From NCBI RefSeq assembly GCF_002113885.1, contig NW_018408902.1:1292820-1356819 (forward strand): a stretch of DNA of 64,000 nucleotides, given 5' to 3'. Each line of letters opens with the position of its first letter. The stretch's first letter is position 1. A program made the translations under genes and the position numbers. The notes under the pieces were generated by a model, which was not told the DNA's origin, made no database searches, and saw only the letters and a list, made by a program, of their open reading frames with translations. Shown piece after piece: positions 23,801-37,800 of the stretch. The DNA is from Mizuhopecten yessoensis (taxonomy: Eukaryota).

Positions 23801-26162
23801 TATAGTTTGAAGAAATAAAATGTTTCACAATAGTTGTAAAGCAGTTTTATTTTTAACACCATATTTGTGGTGTTTTTTTCAAGTAAATGAGTAAATGACA
23901 GTTTTCTCCAAAATGTTAACGATTTCTCTTTAGAAATTGGTCTCGCGCCTGTAGTAAATCCTTTGCATGCTATTAATCAGTCAACAATAACTCTGTGTTC
24001 ATTGACTTTTCCCTTGAATTGTGTGTCTTATACTGACACAGTGAGTAGCACAAGCAATATTAATGAAGGAATAATACAGTTCTGAATGGTATGTTGCGAA
24101 TTCGCGTCGACACAATAATCTCATCAAATGACTGGAAAGGTCAATAAGGGACATCGTTTCAAATCCTACAATGACCGCCGGATGGCCAGGGTCACTTAAA
24201 TCTGCTCTAGTGATTACTCAGGTGGTCAGGCCTAGTACATCTATTAAGACCAGCAGGGCATTGAATACTGGTCAGTCTTAATCAATAAAATTTGTAATTT
24301 GCTTCATATTGGACCTCAAACAGAGTTCAGTCCCGTTGTCTTGGCCAATAAAGCGTTTAATTGCATAGTCGTGTCACACGCTGTCACGAAACATCTCGGT
24401 GATCGAGACTATTAATACTGAATCGTTTGAGCATGCGTGAAGGGTGTTTTCTAAATTGCAACCATACCGCAAAGATTCGCACAAAATTTAATCCAAACAC
24501 TAGTCTGTATAATGTGTTTTTTGATTGTTTTTGAATGATCGGATTGACAAGCAGGTCGTCTCTCAATACAATTTGTTAATTACGCGTTAACTTTGTTGAA
24601 ATTAACAACGCCATTGTTTCGGTGCAGAAATCGTCCACAGTGCATAAATTCGGGTATCGGTGTTCTTTGAGTTGGAATTACTTTATTGATTCAAGATTAC
24701 AATTCGGGAAATGAGGGATGTGGCGACATCTTAGACTATTTCAATTACCGGCAGCCGGAATCTAATTCAGCTCCGGTACCATTGATTTATAAATTATATA
24801 TCACCCAAAGCAAGCACGTTTAGAATCCTAACAACGTTTGTATTAGATGCAAACGCATTAGTGATGGATTTGTTTGAGCAACAAAACGCCAATCTTCGGC
24901 ACACAGGCGCTTAGACAGATAAATGTCGAAGGGTAACCAAGCAATATTCATCGTATGATGAGTTATTTTATTATCCATTAAAAAACGAGTTTCAAAGCAA
25001 TTTAGCGCCGATAAATCCCTATCTGAATGTTTCAGGGCGATTAGTATTAATACTGAAATGCTCTATGAAGACATTCGGTCGCAGGTTATACCAAATTATC
25101 ACAAGAAATCCCATTCCTTTTTTATTGTTATGTCTCACGAACAATGTCCCAACATTTTAAAAAAAAACATAAGAGAGATCGAAGTAGTAGAATAAACGGC
25201 ACGACTAAAACATCCGGAATAGGTTAATGTCCACTAGTATCAAAAAGTCTTCGGTACAATTACAACACTTTAATCCGTGAATTGTATGGATAGAAGGAGT
25301 CGAATTTTGTTCATCGTGAATATATAACTATTTTGCCGAAAATAAGGGGTGGGGGAAATCGCATTTTGTTTCATTCTGTTTGATATTCTATGAATAATTT
25401 TCCTACAGAAGAAATTCGATCACAATACCCCGACAACGATCTATCGGGTAATAAATATACTTATGCAACTGTGTAAAAAGAGCACTGGAGAGAAAAATGG
25501 TATAATTATCTTAATTGTTATTAAAAATACAACAACAAAAACCGAAACAAAGCGAAACAAAATAAAAATCGTCATGAGTTCCCATTAGTCGCCTCTTTCA
25601 ATCTTTCAATCAAACAAGCAAATGCCTATTCATTCCCGAGGGGGTCCCCCATTTGTGATTTAGAGCAAACATCTCTAATATTTAAAGATGCTTTCCTTTT
25701 AATTATTATGAATGATATTATTCGCATCATGCTTTTATGGCATTAAAATAACTAAATAATTTACAAACAGCATGATATATGTAGTTTTTTCATAATGCTT
25801 TTGATACGCTTCAAATTCCCACATCATCGGTTGGTAGCGATGCCATGCTGTTTCTCTGTATGGATACCGCGCTCGTCTCTTCCAGAAAGGTGTCGTGATT
25901 TGGCTTCCCCTCGACACGTGCGGCGTGCTATCTTTCATAATCAAATGCTCGCGGTAAGTGTAAAACTAAACAATTTGCATATTATTATTATTATTTTTAT
26001 ATGGTAAAATATCAACAGCAATACGTCTTTTTGGATGTCAGTGTTTCCAACAGTTTGTTTTTAATTTCATCCAAAGAATTATTTCAAAAGTAATATAAAA
26101 TTTGAGAATGTTTTTGTTTAAAACATGACTTTTTTGTTTTTGTTTTTATTTCAATGGTTAAT

Positions 26163-26424
26163 GGATCGTATTTATGAGATCGTTCACATACTAAAACTCG
26201 GATCCAGTGCTCAAGCCCAATTCATGTATCTTGTTCCGGTGAAACACTAATAGAGATTCAATTTTTGTCAATGATTTGGAGAGACTTAAACTTAATTCCG
26301 TGTTCAGTGTTCAGCGTGACTTGTTTGCCATGTCACGTTATTTTAAGACAGTAACAAGAAAATGGAGTTGAGCACAAAATCTGAGTTTGAGCATGAGAAC
26401 GGTTTTATGAATTCATAAGGGCTC
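26163..26424 (-). mobile_element. Degenerate MITE, reverse-oriented copy of 29007-29271 family
   Basis: cttgttccggt, ttttgtcaa, gagactta, ttgagcatgagaacggttttatgaa are reverse complements of segments in 29007-29271. Confidence 0.6.
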
Positions 26425-29006
26425 GGGTCTCCTTTACATGGATCAGACCCCTTTTAAAGCTCCGATAATGCAATGACCATAATAGCGGCACCGTTGACCT
26501 CGGGTCATCAGACGCTTACAGCTTGTCATTATTCAGTAATGACCTCAGTGCCGTCTTAACATAATTCTCTTCGGTGGAAAACAGCCGAAGTCTCGAAGTA
26601 TCCGTAGAAAGCTATCAGTTACAGCCGAATCCTGCAAGTTATTTACTGTTCCAGTAAAATTATCCGTGCAGGACACGTCGTTAGTTTCGTATTTTATGAC
26701 GTAATTGCATAAGGTTCTCAAGAATTGCTCCTGTTCTGTTGTGTGGTTTAGACCGTCTAGACAGCATGCATGCACGTGAATAGGCAACACATGTACACGT
26801 GACATCCCCGCCGTAACAAAAGAACCCCTTAGATGTAAAATAATATAAAATCTATAAAAAATATAATATCAAATTATACAATTCAATTAATCAATAGAAT
26901 TTTAATTTGCACTTAAGATGATTCGACCCTGTTTCGCGTCAAAAACCAATGACGAAGACTATATAAGGGTGCGCTTGATACGGTAAAATCCCTATGTTAA
27001 GCAAACTCTTTCCGGCGACACCACACTCGCCGTCATAACAAAGCACAGGGACCGGAGAATTTGTCGCAACAGCTATAGAAACTCATCCCAAATCTTAAAC
27101 CAATTGAAATTATAATCGTTTTAAAATGTTTTTAATCAATGCATTTAAAGTATTCTCCAAGTATAATAAATAGACTAGTTCTCTCACCCACATAACCAGT
27201 TATGACGAATGAACTCATAGAAGAACTGTTACCAGTCTAGTGAAAAATAGTTCCACGGTTTAGTTCAAACATATTTTATTGCCATAAATTCAGCAAAAGT
27301 ATTGGGCACAAATTACATGAATATTATACTCGCCCTTTCCTTACAATTTAACCAAACATATATGTACATAATAAGATGGCTAAATATCAATTCATATATA
27401 TACATAATATCATAATTGAATGATAGAATAGAAAAGAGGTAGCGAGAGAGCCAAAAAAGTATTCTCATTTTTAACAATTTTAAGTAAATATTTACTGAAA
27501 CATCAATGTTCACCCCTATGCTTACACAACCACACACACACACACACTATCGCACCCACTCCTACACGCATAATAGCAGTATACATGGACAACAAATTGT
27601 GTGATGAATCCTTCCCTGCACCGACAGCACAAATGATATGCTTAGCACTATTCACGGTATTCTTTGTACCACGTGCCTTTTATGTACTAATGAGTTTCTA
27701 TATTCTACGCCACTAATCCCTTTTTATTGATCAAACAATTCAACAAAAGTACATAACCGTGCGCAAACAACAGCATTACTTTCGATATAGTCATTTCCGG
27801 TGTCTGAAGCCTGCAGGTTACCCACTGACGTCATCATAGTTGGTCGTTTAGAGAAGCGCGTGCAATTTGGCGCAAATTTCCCTTGACCTTTTACTTCGTT
27901 CACTTTTGAAAAGAAAACGTGCATATAGGAATATTTCTGTGTAAGACCTGCTGTGTATGTCTGAATTAATTTGTAGGGAATGCGTCCAATTATTTAATAA
28001 AGATAGGCCGAAAACCCGATGTGCACTATACCATTATTTTGTATATCCGGTTTCACGCGGTGTGCACACCGGTTTTTCGCTCTATCCTTCTATAAAACAA
28101 ATATAAATAATCATTACTTCATAGAAAATCATATCTGTTACGTGGTTTAGACGAATGCTACCAATTTGTATGTGTGTATGCAGTCAAAATCAATAGAAGA
28201 ACAGCGCATCACCCGGGTAACTCGATTTCAGGCAGTTAAATATTTAAAAATAATGTGAAAAGCATTCGGTATTTGTGTTGCAACATGTAATAACAGTGAG
28301 ATAATTTCCTTTAAGTCTTTCCAGCATGCAGGGCTGTACAGGTTTATTTTAGGGCCAGCACTATTGGGAATTTAATTTATTATAAAACAAAACACGTGAA
28401 GGGGTATTCGTAAATAGGTATGGAGCCTAACATATTAACACAGACAAGAGTGTCTCTACGGCGGTACGTTGTTGTAACATAATGATACGTTTCTATTACA
28501 TAAATTAAATTATATACTGGTATAAGACTTCTAATAAAACTGTATGGTGGTATCAACGAATCAGTCTTTGTACTTTCCACGTCATTCCCCGTATCTTACC
28601 ATGACGATCGCGCGCGCCAGATCGCATCATATATACGATTTTATTATACCGGTAGGAATTTTATCGTAATTTGTTGACTGGCTTTATCGTTTGGGCGCTT
28701 ACAAATAAAGATTCTATGAAGCATTTAATTGTTCCAGTTTCGAACAATTGTGTTTATTTGAATTGCAAAAAGAACTTTAATAACATACCGAATAATAATA
28801 TCTTTATTACCATGTAAATATCCAGTTTTCTCTGATTTTTTTATCTTCAGAAACTAAACAATTGAATTCAGTATAAGTAATGTAAGTGTGGGCTTTTTTC
28901 CCCGATTACTTTTTAAGGCAAGTTTTGTTCAGGGCTTTAAATAGACTCTCGAGAGCGTGGTTTTGACTCAACAAAATAAGCTTTGACTCTTGGGTTCGGG
29001 AGGACT

Positions 29007-29271
29007 GGGCCCTTATTCATGAAACCGTTCTAATGCTCAAGCATGGATTCTGTTCTCCAAACAACTTTCTTGTAACTAACTTAAATCATGTCAAACGATA
29101 AAAAGACAATTTTAAACATTGAAAACAATATTCAGCTCTAAGTCTCTTCAAATTGTTTCCAAATCCTTGACAAAATAACATTTTGTTATTAATCTATAAC
29201 CGGAACAAGAAATAATGATTGAGCGCAAAATCCGTACTTAAGCAAGATAACGGTTTTATGAATACAGGCCC
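29007..29271 (+). mobile_element. ~265-bp MITE with ~23-bp imperfect TIRs (PIF/Harbinger-like GGGCC ends)
   Basis: gggcccttattcatgaaaccgtt ... aacggttttatgaatacaggccc. Confidence 0.7.
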
Positions 29272-30263
29272 AGGTGTATGTGACATATCTTTTGACTCTC
29301 CAAATTTCAGGGAAAATATTAATTGACTTCTGATCTTGCTAATTGACAAGGGGTCAACTGAAAGCTCTGTTGTTGTCAAATGTAGATTTTATCATATGTT
29401 CTATATATGGATATTAATCGATAATGGTGTTTTATAAGTCTGCCCAGTATTCAGATGTTTTCTTCAATAACAGCCAAAGGAAATTTGCAATTACATAACA
29501 GCTGTAAATAACAGTATTTTCGGTTGCAAATTGAAACTGAATTATTGATTAATTTTCTTTTGTCCGATAGAACCTATTTCTGTTGGTGATTTCTCCTTGC
29601 ATTTGCAGCCGAAAGAGTGTTTTAATGCTGAAATTATTTTCGTTTGGAAATTGAATTGAATAATTTATTTTTTTACTTTTTGTCGAATACTGAACATTCC
29701 TTTTTGTGTAGCTCCAGGGCGGACATAACACAGAACTTCGTTTCCAGAGACGATTTTTACAGCACTTGACACCAGTGGCTGGTTTTGCTGGAGTTGCTCA
29801 GTTCGACACGTTGACAGACAGACCTGGATAGCAACAAGACGACGACGTCTGCTTCCCCGAGGTCAATGGCGGGGCCTGGATCAGTAGCAGACACAAAGAC
29901 AAACGGACTGTCGAGTTTGGTTTGTCTGGTAACTGTGCACAATTCTAATCCTGGTAATGAGTTCACAACAATGGCTTAACCAGAGCGAGTCAGCGTCTAC
30001 TCACTCTTTCAATCCTTCATTTCTTTTTCTTTCCTCCCTTCGTTTGTTTTATTTGTATTTTTCCTTCGTTTCGTTTTAATATTTTGTTTGTTATTCTATA
30101 TATGAATATATGTTAAAAACATAAAGATGGGCAGCTTCAGCTAGCATATCTTTACATTCCAACAAAAACAATGAAGGTATTTTTATTCCATATCTATTTC
30201 TTTCTTTCTCGTTGGATCAAAATATCATTATTCTTATGTTTTTAAATACGTGTTTGTTTCAAG

Positions 30264-30536
30264 GCGTACCAGCCCCAGTACCAGGTCTAGTACCAGAGCG
30301 TACCAGACCCAGTATCAGGGCTAGTACCAGAGCGTTCCAGTCCCAGTATCAGGGCTAGTACCAGAGCGTTCCAGCCCCAGTATCAGGGCTAGTACCAGAG
30401 CGTACCAGCCCCAGTATCAGGGCTAGTACCAGAGCGTTCCAGCCCCAGTATCAGGGCTAGTACCAGAGCGTACCAGCACCAGGGCTAGTACCAGGGAGTA
30501 CCAGCCCCAGTACCAGGGCTAGGGCTAGTACCAGCC
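30264..30536. repeat. Minisatellite, 34-bp unit (cgtaccagccccagtatcagggctagtaccagag), ~7-8 copies
   Basis: Direct tandem repetition. Confidence 0.92.
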
Positions 30537-30695
30537 TTCTCTCCAGTTGACTGGTTGAACAAGAAATATGTATTGATAGCTCAAGGCAAATATATTTTGT
30601 TGAATTAAAGGGATTCAGTACAAGATCTCACAAATTACTAGATGTCAACCGACAATACACTAAATAGAAAAACACATGAAATAATAGAAAACTGC

Positions 30696-31626
30696 AAAGA
30701 AAGAGATGGTGGAAAGAGAGAGAAGGTGGAAAGAAAGAGAAGGTGGAAAGAGAGAGGAGGTGGAAAGAAAGAGAAGGTGAAGAGAAAGAGAAGGTCGAAA
30801 GAGAGAGGAGGTGGAGAGAAAGAGAAGGTGGAAAAAAGAGAAGGTGGAAAGAAAGAGAAGGTGGAAAGAAAGAGAAGGTGGAAAGAGAGAGGAGGTGGAA
30901 AGAGAGAGAAGGTGGAAAGAGAGAGAATGTGGAAAGACAGAGAAGGTGGAAAGAGAGAGGAGGTGGAAAGACAGAGAAGGTGGAAACAGAGAGAAGGTGG
31001 AAAGAGAGAGGAGGTGGAAAGACAGAGAAGGTGGAAAGAAAGAGAAGGTGGAAAGACAGAGAAGGTGGAAAGAGAGAGAAGGTGGAAAGAGAGAGAATAT
31101 AGAAAGAAAGAGAAGGTGGAAAGAGAAAGAAGGGGGAAAGACAGAGAAGGTGGAAAGAGAGAGAATGTGGAAAGACAGAGAAGGTGGAAAGAGAGAGAAT
31201 GTGGAAAGAGAGAGAAGGTGGAAAGACAGGGAAGGTGGAAAGAGAGAGAAGGTGGAAAGAGAGAGGAGGGGGAAAGACAGAGAAGGGGGAAACAGAGAGA
31301 AGGTGGAAAGAGAGAGGAGGTGGAAAGAGAGAGAAGGGGGAAAGAGAGAGAAGGTGGAAAGAGAGAGAATATAGAAAGAAAGAGAAGGTGGAAAGAGAAA
31401 GAAGGGGGAAAGACAGAGAAGGTGGAAAGAGAGAGAATGTGGAAAGACAGAGAAGGTGGAAAGAGAGAGGAGGTGGAAAGAGAGAGAAGGTGGAAAGAGA
31501 GAGAATGTGAAACAGAGAGAAGGTGGAAAGAGAGAGAAGGTGGAAAGAGAAAGAATGTGGAAAGAGAAAGGTGGAAAGAGAGAGAAGGTGGAAAGAGAGA
31601 GAAGGTTTGAAAGAGAGATAAGAGAA
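30696..31626. repeat. Polypurine minisatellite, 17-bp unit (gaaggtggaaagagaga), ~55 copies
   Basis: Near-pure purine strand with 17-bp periodicity; ORFs open in all frames. Confidence 0.96.
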
Positions 31627-31802
31627 TGTTCCGGTTTCAATAGTCCATTGGTTAAATTTCTGTTGATTTCTTTAATGACCGCACAGCAAGTGTGATATAT
31701 ATAAATTTGTTTGGAATCTCCAAATAGAAGAGTATCGATATTAGGACCTTACTGAATACCAAGGTGAATTGAATAATTCTCTAAAAGGGTTTGGAAAATA
31801 CA

Positions 31803-31831
31803 ATGATGATGATGATGATGATGATGATGAT
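31803..31831. repeat. (GAT)n microsatellite
   Basis: ~9 atg/gat units. Confidence 0.9.
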
Positions 31832-32970
31832 ACGTATCTTCATTGTCATAAATATTATCAAAATGACAAAGAGATGAAAACAAATCCTTACACGGAAAAA
31901 ACCCGTTTAAGACCATTACATCTGTGTCTAGCCCCTGCAAATAGCGCTGAAAGATGTCAGCTGCTGTATTCAATTATAAAGCGCTGAAGTGACGAAGAGT
32001 TATCGTAATAAAATAGGATACACCAGTCAAAGTAAATTCTCATATTTCTATATATAGTAAATGATGGAGATTCAGGGCAATGCTAGCCTATTACAATAGC
32101 ATAGAAAGGGGGTAGTAATCTATTTCATGACAGTATCAACTGTCTGTGACATCCTTCAACCCAAACCTCGAGACGATCTTTTCCTCCGTTCCAACGTCTC
32201 CTGTGGGAATATCTCATTTAATGGAATTCCTTTGCACATTAAAAGAATGTCTCCCATTAAATCCCTATCAGGATATCGAATGAAATCGAATTGAAAAAGG
32301 AAAAAACAAAAAGGAAAAAAACTATCTATTGTTCGTGCTTTTCGACACCATTGCTACACCGTCTTGGCATCGGGACAGACGGAATGCATAATTCTTCATT
32401 TTAATGTTGGTTTTTGTCGTAAAACCCTTAAGGGAACCTCAATTAGTGACGAAACGAAATTAACAAGATAGAGAAAATGCCGGAGCATAATCATGTTGCT
32501 TTTGCCGTCATGCAATTTTTTGCTAATTCGCAACCATCTGCCACATTAGTCATTTACAATGCGGCGAAATGTCTCCCCTCTTTTTAGACTCCCTCTCCCC
32601 GCATCTAACCACTTTGGGGTAAATTTATGCCGGCTATTAAGCTGTGTTGTAATTAAATCGACCTTTTGGCGTCCTCCGCCAACGAAGCTTCTTTATCCTA
32701 AAAACGTAATAAGCCGCTTTGAAGTCCATTGTGATCAACCATGTCGTTGGCGGGATCTTAGCTTTGACTGGTGTCTGACTCAAAACCACGTGTTTCTGTT
32801 TCACTATGACTATTTGGTTAGTCTGATCAACAAGAACTACCAAATGAAATTGATAATTATGACAGCTTTACATCTAAAATAAATCATCTATAAAACTTAC
32901 TCTCAACCGATTTTGTATAAAGGCTATCATCTCTAAAAATCAGATATCTTCCGCGGAATTTCCTTGATTA

Positions 32971-33098
32971 AATCACAGAGCCACGTTAAAATCACACATA
33001 TGCTTTACTGATATGGGTCACAACACACATAAACATACACGTGTGTTGTGACCCATATCAGTATAGCATATGTGTGATTGTAACGTGGCCCTGTGATT
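32971..33098. repeat. 128-bp near-perfect palindrome (fold-back MITE-like)
   Basis: aatcacagagccacgttaaaatcacacatatgctttactgatatgggtcacaacacac pairs with gtgtgttgtgacccatatcagtatagcatatgtgtgattgtaacgtggccctgtgatt (3 mismatches). Confidence 0.9.
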
Positions 33099-34524
33099 AA
33101 ATGTTTTAGGACATAGTATTATAGCTGTTCATCAATATTACTTGTTTACTTTCCACCTTTGGACTTTTTGTCCTGAAATGTTTTTTGTTTTTTTTATATA
33201 TTATTAACGCCTATTATTACCTCAGAGGGGAAAAAAATCGAAAACTGAAGAATGTGTACGAAATAAAACACGTTATCACTTTAAAACCAACAATACTATC
33301 ATGTTACCTCAATATAGGGTCCTTACAAATTGATTTATTCTTACAAAATTGCATGATGACATTGTCCATCATTTTATTTATTTCCTTTGCTCACCACAAT
33401 GTAATTCGTAGACTTTCAATTTTCCTTTAAAACATCTTTATACAGCTCCTTCTATACATCGCTAACCCTTATATAATGCCAAAAATTCCTTTGACAGAAA
33501 AGCGAAGTGGTACTTACATTTCATGACTATGTGCAAATACATAAAAACACCACGAAATCGTGTGTGGTTTTATCTGCTGAAAGTAGACCTATCGTTAAAT
33601 TGTCGGTACCTCGCGAAAACAAACCCAACACTTGTCGTGATCTATCTGCAAAAGTAGTCGATAAAAACAGTATAATCCAATTTTCGAAAACATTGTTTTT
33701 ATTGGAATCATATCTGCTTGGTTTTAATGGAAAGATGATTTCATTTACCACGTGTGATATTCGAACAAAAAATATTATAAATCGTTTAAGGAAAGTACTT
33801 TTGGAGCTGTAATTGTCTGTTTAAATGGCTATAGCACTTTTTACTACGAAACACCAAGAAGATAGATCGTTTGATAAAAAGCTGTTTTTCTTTGATCCTG
33901 TCGGCAAAATCAATAAAATTGCCAGAGAAACATAATAGTATTCTCTTAGAAATTCTCAAACAACTATTGATGCAGAAAATGCTGAATTGTGTTTCGCTTG
34001 AAGGCAAACTTAAGACATACTTTGTCGGTGAAGCGCCAAGCAGTCGAAATTCGATTTTGAGATAATGAAAAATTTACATTTTATCTTCTAATATAACGAC
34101 GATTTCTGATAATTGCAACAGCAATACACACGCGGGATTTGAACATTTTAATGGTAAAACACAATGCTATACAGAACGGGACATGCAGGAAAATAGTCTA
34201 AAAATGAAACCTCGTATATTATGAAATCTGATGTCTCGTCTTACCCATGTTTAGGTAATTGGATGATTATTTCCAGATATTTTACCTTCGAAATCTCGAA
34301 TACGGCATTATGTGTTTCTTCTGTGATATCTAGTAAGCTTCAAATCTTCAAAAACTCATATCTTAATCTGCAGATATTTTTATTTTTCCTGTCGTGTATA
34401 AGGAAGAATGAAATTACCACCCATCGATGAGATATGTCTGTGGTAATAAGAACGATTTAATTGCGCGACCTTGACGAAGAACTTGATATAATCAACCAGT
34501 ATTCGAAAATATCAAGTTCAGACA

Positions 34525-34872
34525 GTTTGTTTGTTTGGGGTTTGACGTCCTTACAGCGGGCAGGGTCATTTTGTTATAGGACGTGTGCCTAGGTAGACAC
34601 ACCGGCCAGGGTCATTTTGTGAGAGGACGTGTGCCTAGGTCGACACACCAGCCAGGGTCATTTTGTGAGAGGACGTGTGCCTAGGTAGACACACCTGCCA
34701 GGGTCATTTTGTGAGAGGACTTGTGCCGAGGTAGACACACCAGCCACGGTCATTTTGTGAGAGGACGTGTGCCTAGGTAGACACACCAGCCAGGGTCATT
34801 TTGTGAGAGGACGTGTGCCTAGGTAGACACACAAGCCAGGGTCATTTGAAGACGGGTGTCTAGGGAGACACC
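34525..34872 (-). repeat. SINE 3' tail (reverse) with 46-bp tandem expansion (~6.5 copies)
   Basis: gtttgtttgtttggggtttgacgtcct...gggtcattt is the reverse of the tail seen at 41815-41867; unit gggtcattttgtgagaggacgtgtgcctaggtagacacaccagcca. Confidence 0.85.
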
Positions 34873-37800
34873 GCCTTAAACAGAAAGTAGATAGAAAAGA
34901 TAGATGACAGGAAAGATAGGACACGGGGGAACGATCCCAAGTGTTACAAGGGGGGGGCAACAAATCAGTGTGGGTTTCTTCCATGTTCCTTTCGTAGAAG
35001 ACAGAAGAAAAGCCCCACATTAGTCGCCTTTTACTAGCATTGGGATACCGCAGGTCTATTCTTGATTTCTTCAATGTCCCCTAAATACATAGAAGTTAAA
35101 GAAGAAACCATCCCCGATTCTGCAGGGGTGGGGGGAGGACATAAGCAGATCATGCAGCCAGTGGGATACAGCAGGCCTTTTCTTCCCCCGAAGCTGCACG
35201 GGCTAGTACGGAAAGATGTTGATAAATAAAGTTATATTGCACAACCTTGACGGAGACCTCTAGACAATCAGTGAGTACAGGAGACCGGTGCTGAGCTGAG
35301 CGTGTGGCTTCGTGAAACAGTTTATATGCCATTTTAAAGGCACGTCTAATTAAACGAAACGTTAGAAAAAATATTCAAACCAATGACTTGAAATTTGCTC
35401 CTTTTTTACAATATTTTGATAAACTGTGGCAGAACACTAATCCGACATCCAACCACAGTAATGAAAACTTAACCGGAAATTCCCCGAACATATTTCAACT
35501 TGATGAAGATTTGGCGTCCTTGAAATTTAAAATCTTTGAAATAAAATGTTCTTTTGCCAAGAATGAGTTTGATTTACTATCACTGAGGCATTGCAAATTA
35601 GCACCATTTCGTACTCTGCATGGCGCCGATAGCCTTGTTGATTTGGTCTCGCATGAATACGTACCTTTTTTTAATCAAATTATGCAATTTCCAGGAAATC
35701 CCGTACGTCAATCAGTTTCGTAACGTTTGGCAGGCCCTAAATCTTCAGAATGGAAATGGAATCAGGGTTAATCATTCAAAGGTTCTCACAGTGTCAATGC
35801 GTCCGTCAACTCAGAAAATTTGTATTGTAAAAAACAGCTTGAACTTTATGATTTGGAAAATCAAATTATGGGGAAGAAAACGTGTTTAAACTGCAACAGC
35901 ATCAAGAATTGAAGAAATCTGTCGTGTAATTCTCTGAACCGGAAGTGCAGTTTGACGCAAGTGCGATGCTATAAAATATTAATTGATCACTCATGAACCA
36001 GCTGTCACAACATTTTTATATAAAAAAAAAGAGAGATAACTTTGAAGAAGCCGTACTCGTACTTGATACATATAGATTAATTTAATGTCGTGTACAGAAA
36101 TGTGGCATTACCTTTTAACATTGATTTATTCTAAATTTGAAATATTTGTACTATAATCATGGGGAGAGAACGTAATCCTTATCATAAACATCCATATCTT
36201 AAATTCTGTCCAATTGGCTACATCAAAGCGGTGGGTAAGTCCGCTATATTGCTCTTGTGTGGGTAAATAGCCACCAGTATGTATCTTCGAAATTACAGAA
36301 CGAACGTTTTACAAGAATTTGCTGTTAGTTAACATTCCTGGGTCGTTATAAAAAGAAACGATAAATTAATAACTCGCTAACTTTGGAGGACACGTTGAAC
36401 AGTGTGTTTAGAACAAGCGTAAAACATGCCTAATATCTATATACACCCCACCCCTACCCCCGACTAATCAAAACCTTGTATAAATTAATAAGATGAAGAT
36501 CTTACATATATTCATGTCGACTTTTCAGAAAGGCCATTAGGACATTCTTCTCCATCATCCCAATTCCTTAGAAACTCATAGTGAATTTCTGGGTTATTTG
36601 TTACTTCGCTTCCATATCCATAGCAACAAAAACAGTTTGACAATTAAAATTTCGAGAGAGAGAAATTCAATAAAATTGCATAACGAAATTGTCCGTATTT
36701 GTCAGTTAGTAATATCACACTACAAATGAATTAGTTTAAACAATTTGACGTTCCTTTTGAGCTATATCGGTTGCCATGCGACCACCATATGTGGTATGCG
36801 GAGTTGTTAACTAATATAATATTTTGTCATAAACTTCACTGTCAAGTAAATGGTATCAACGTCACACACAGAATACGGCAGGACGCCGACAACTCCACTC
36901 AGGAACAATATCAGAAAATGTCGATAAGTCTCGCGCGCACGTGCGTCTCTCAGTTGGGGAGATTTTAATCGCATTCCGGCTCTCATGAATCCCGATCCCC
37001 AACAAAGATAACGTTGAAAAATTAACGCTTCTCACTTCTGGCTGTTTTCGTCTAGTTAAATAACGAACGTCTTATCTTTTTTCCGAAACATATTTACAAC
37101 TAATACAGCGCAAAATTATAAACGCCTGTTTTACTATCTGGTTTATCTAAGTTTCCTGTACTTAAGGAAGTATAATTGTCAACAGAGACGTCTTAAACTA
37201 TGCACCCGGTATGTCTCAGTGATGTCATAACACCCTAAACGATTGTTAATAGAAACAAGTGCTTCTTTCAAAAGCAGTTCAGAGTATCACGTGATTTAGC
37301 GAACTGCATGTCTTATAATTATCTTGTTTTATATTTATTTTCGTATTTGTTGTAGTGGGCTGTAAAAAGCGATTTTAAATATATCTCAAAGATGGGTTTA
37401 TTTAACAATAGGTATAGATCATATCGTTGCACGTTGTAAGAAATCAAATCCTCGCTAATGAATTGTTTATACATAATAGTACGATTAATTCTCAAAAAAA
37501 TGTATCAAATTGCATTAACGTAAAATTACTTACATGGTAACATAGCATGTGATCTTGATACAACGACTTTATTCTTCAGGTTCACCATCTGGACGCGTCC
37601 AGCTACAGATGTCATTCAAGTGCCGAATCCGGCTGTTGACAAATTCATTCAGAGTAGAAAACATTTGATTTTAATTAAATATATTTTCTTCTTTTTCCTC
37701 CCTTGGAATGACGTGTCTCCTGATGCAATGTTATCTGACTTGCTGCATGAATTAATGTTGCCATTAGTAGCCGATCCGTCATCTTATTGTTTCGGACGAT

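Noticed and set aside
29757-29990. GC-richer stretch after an acceptor-like ttttacAG, possible exon
   Set aside because: All three + frames hit stops early; no recognisable protein motif on either strand
30642-31695. 322/326-aa charged or hydrophobic ORFs
   Set aside because: Artefact of the polypurine 17-bp repeat lacking stop codons
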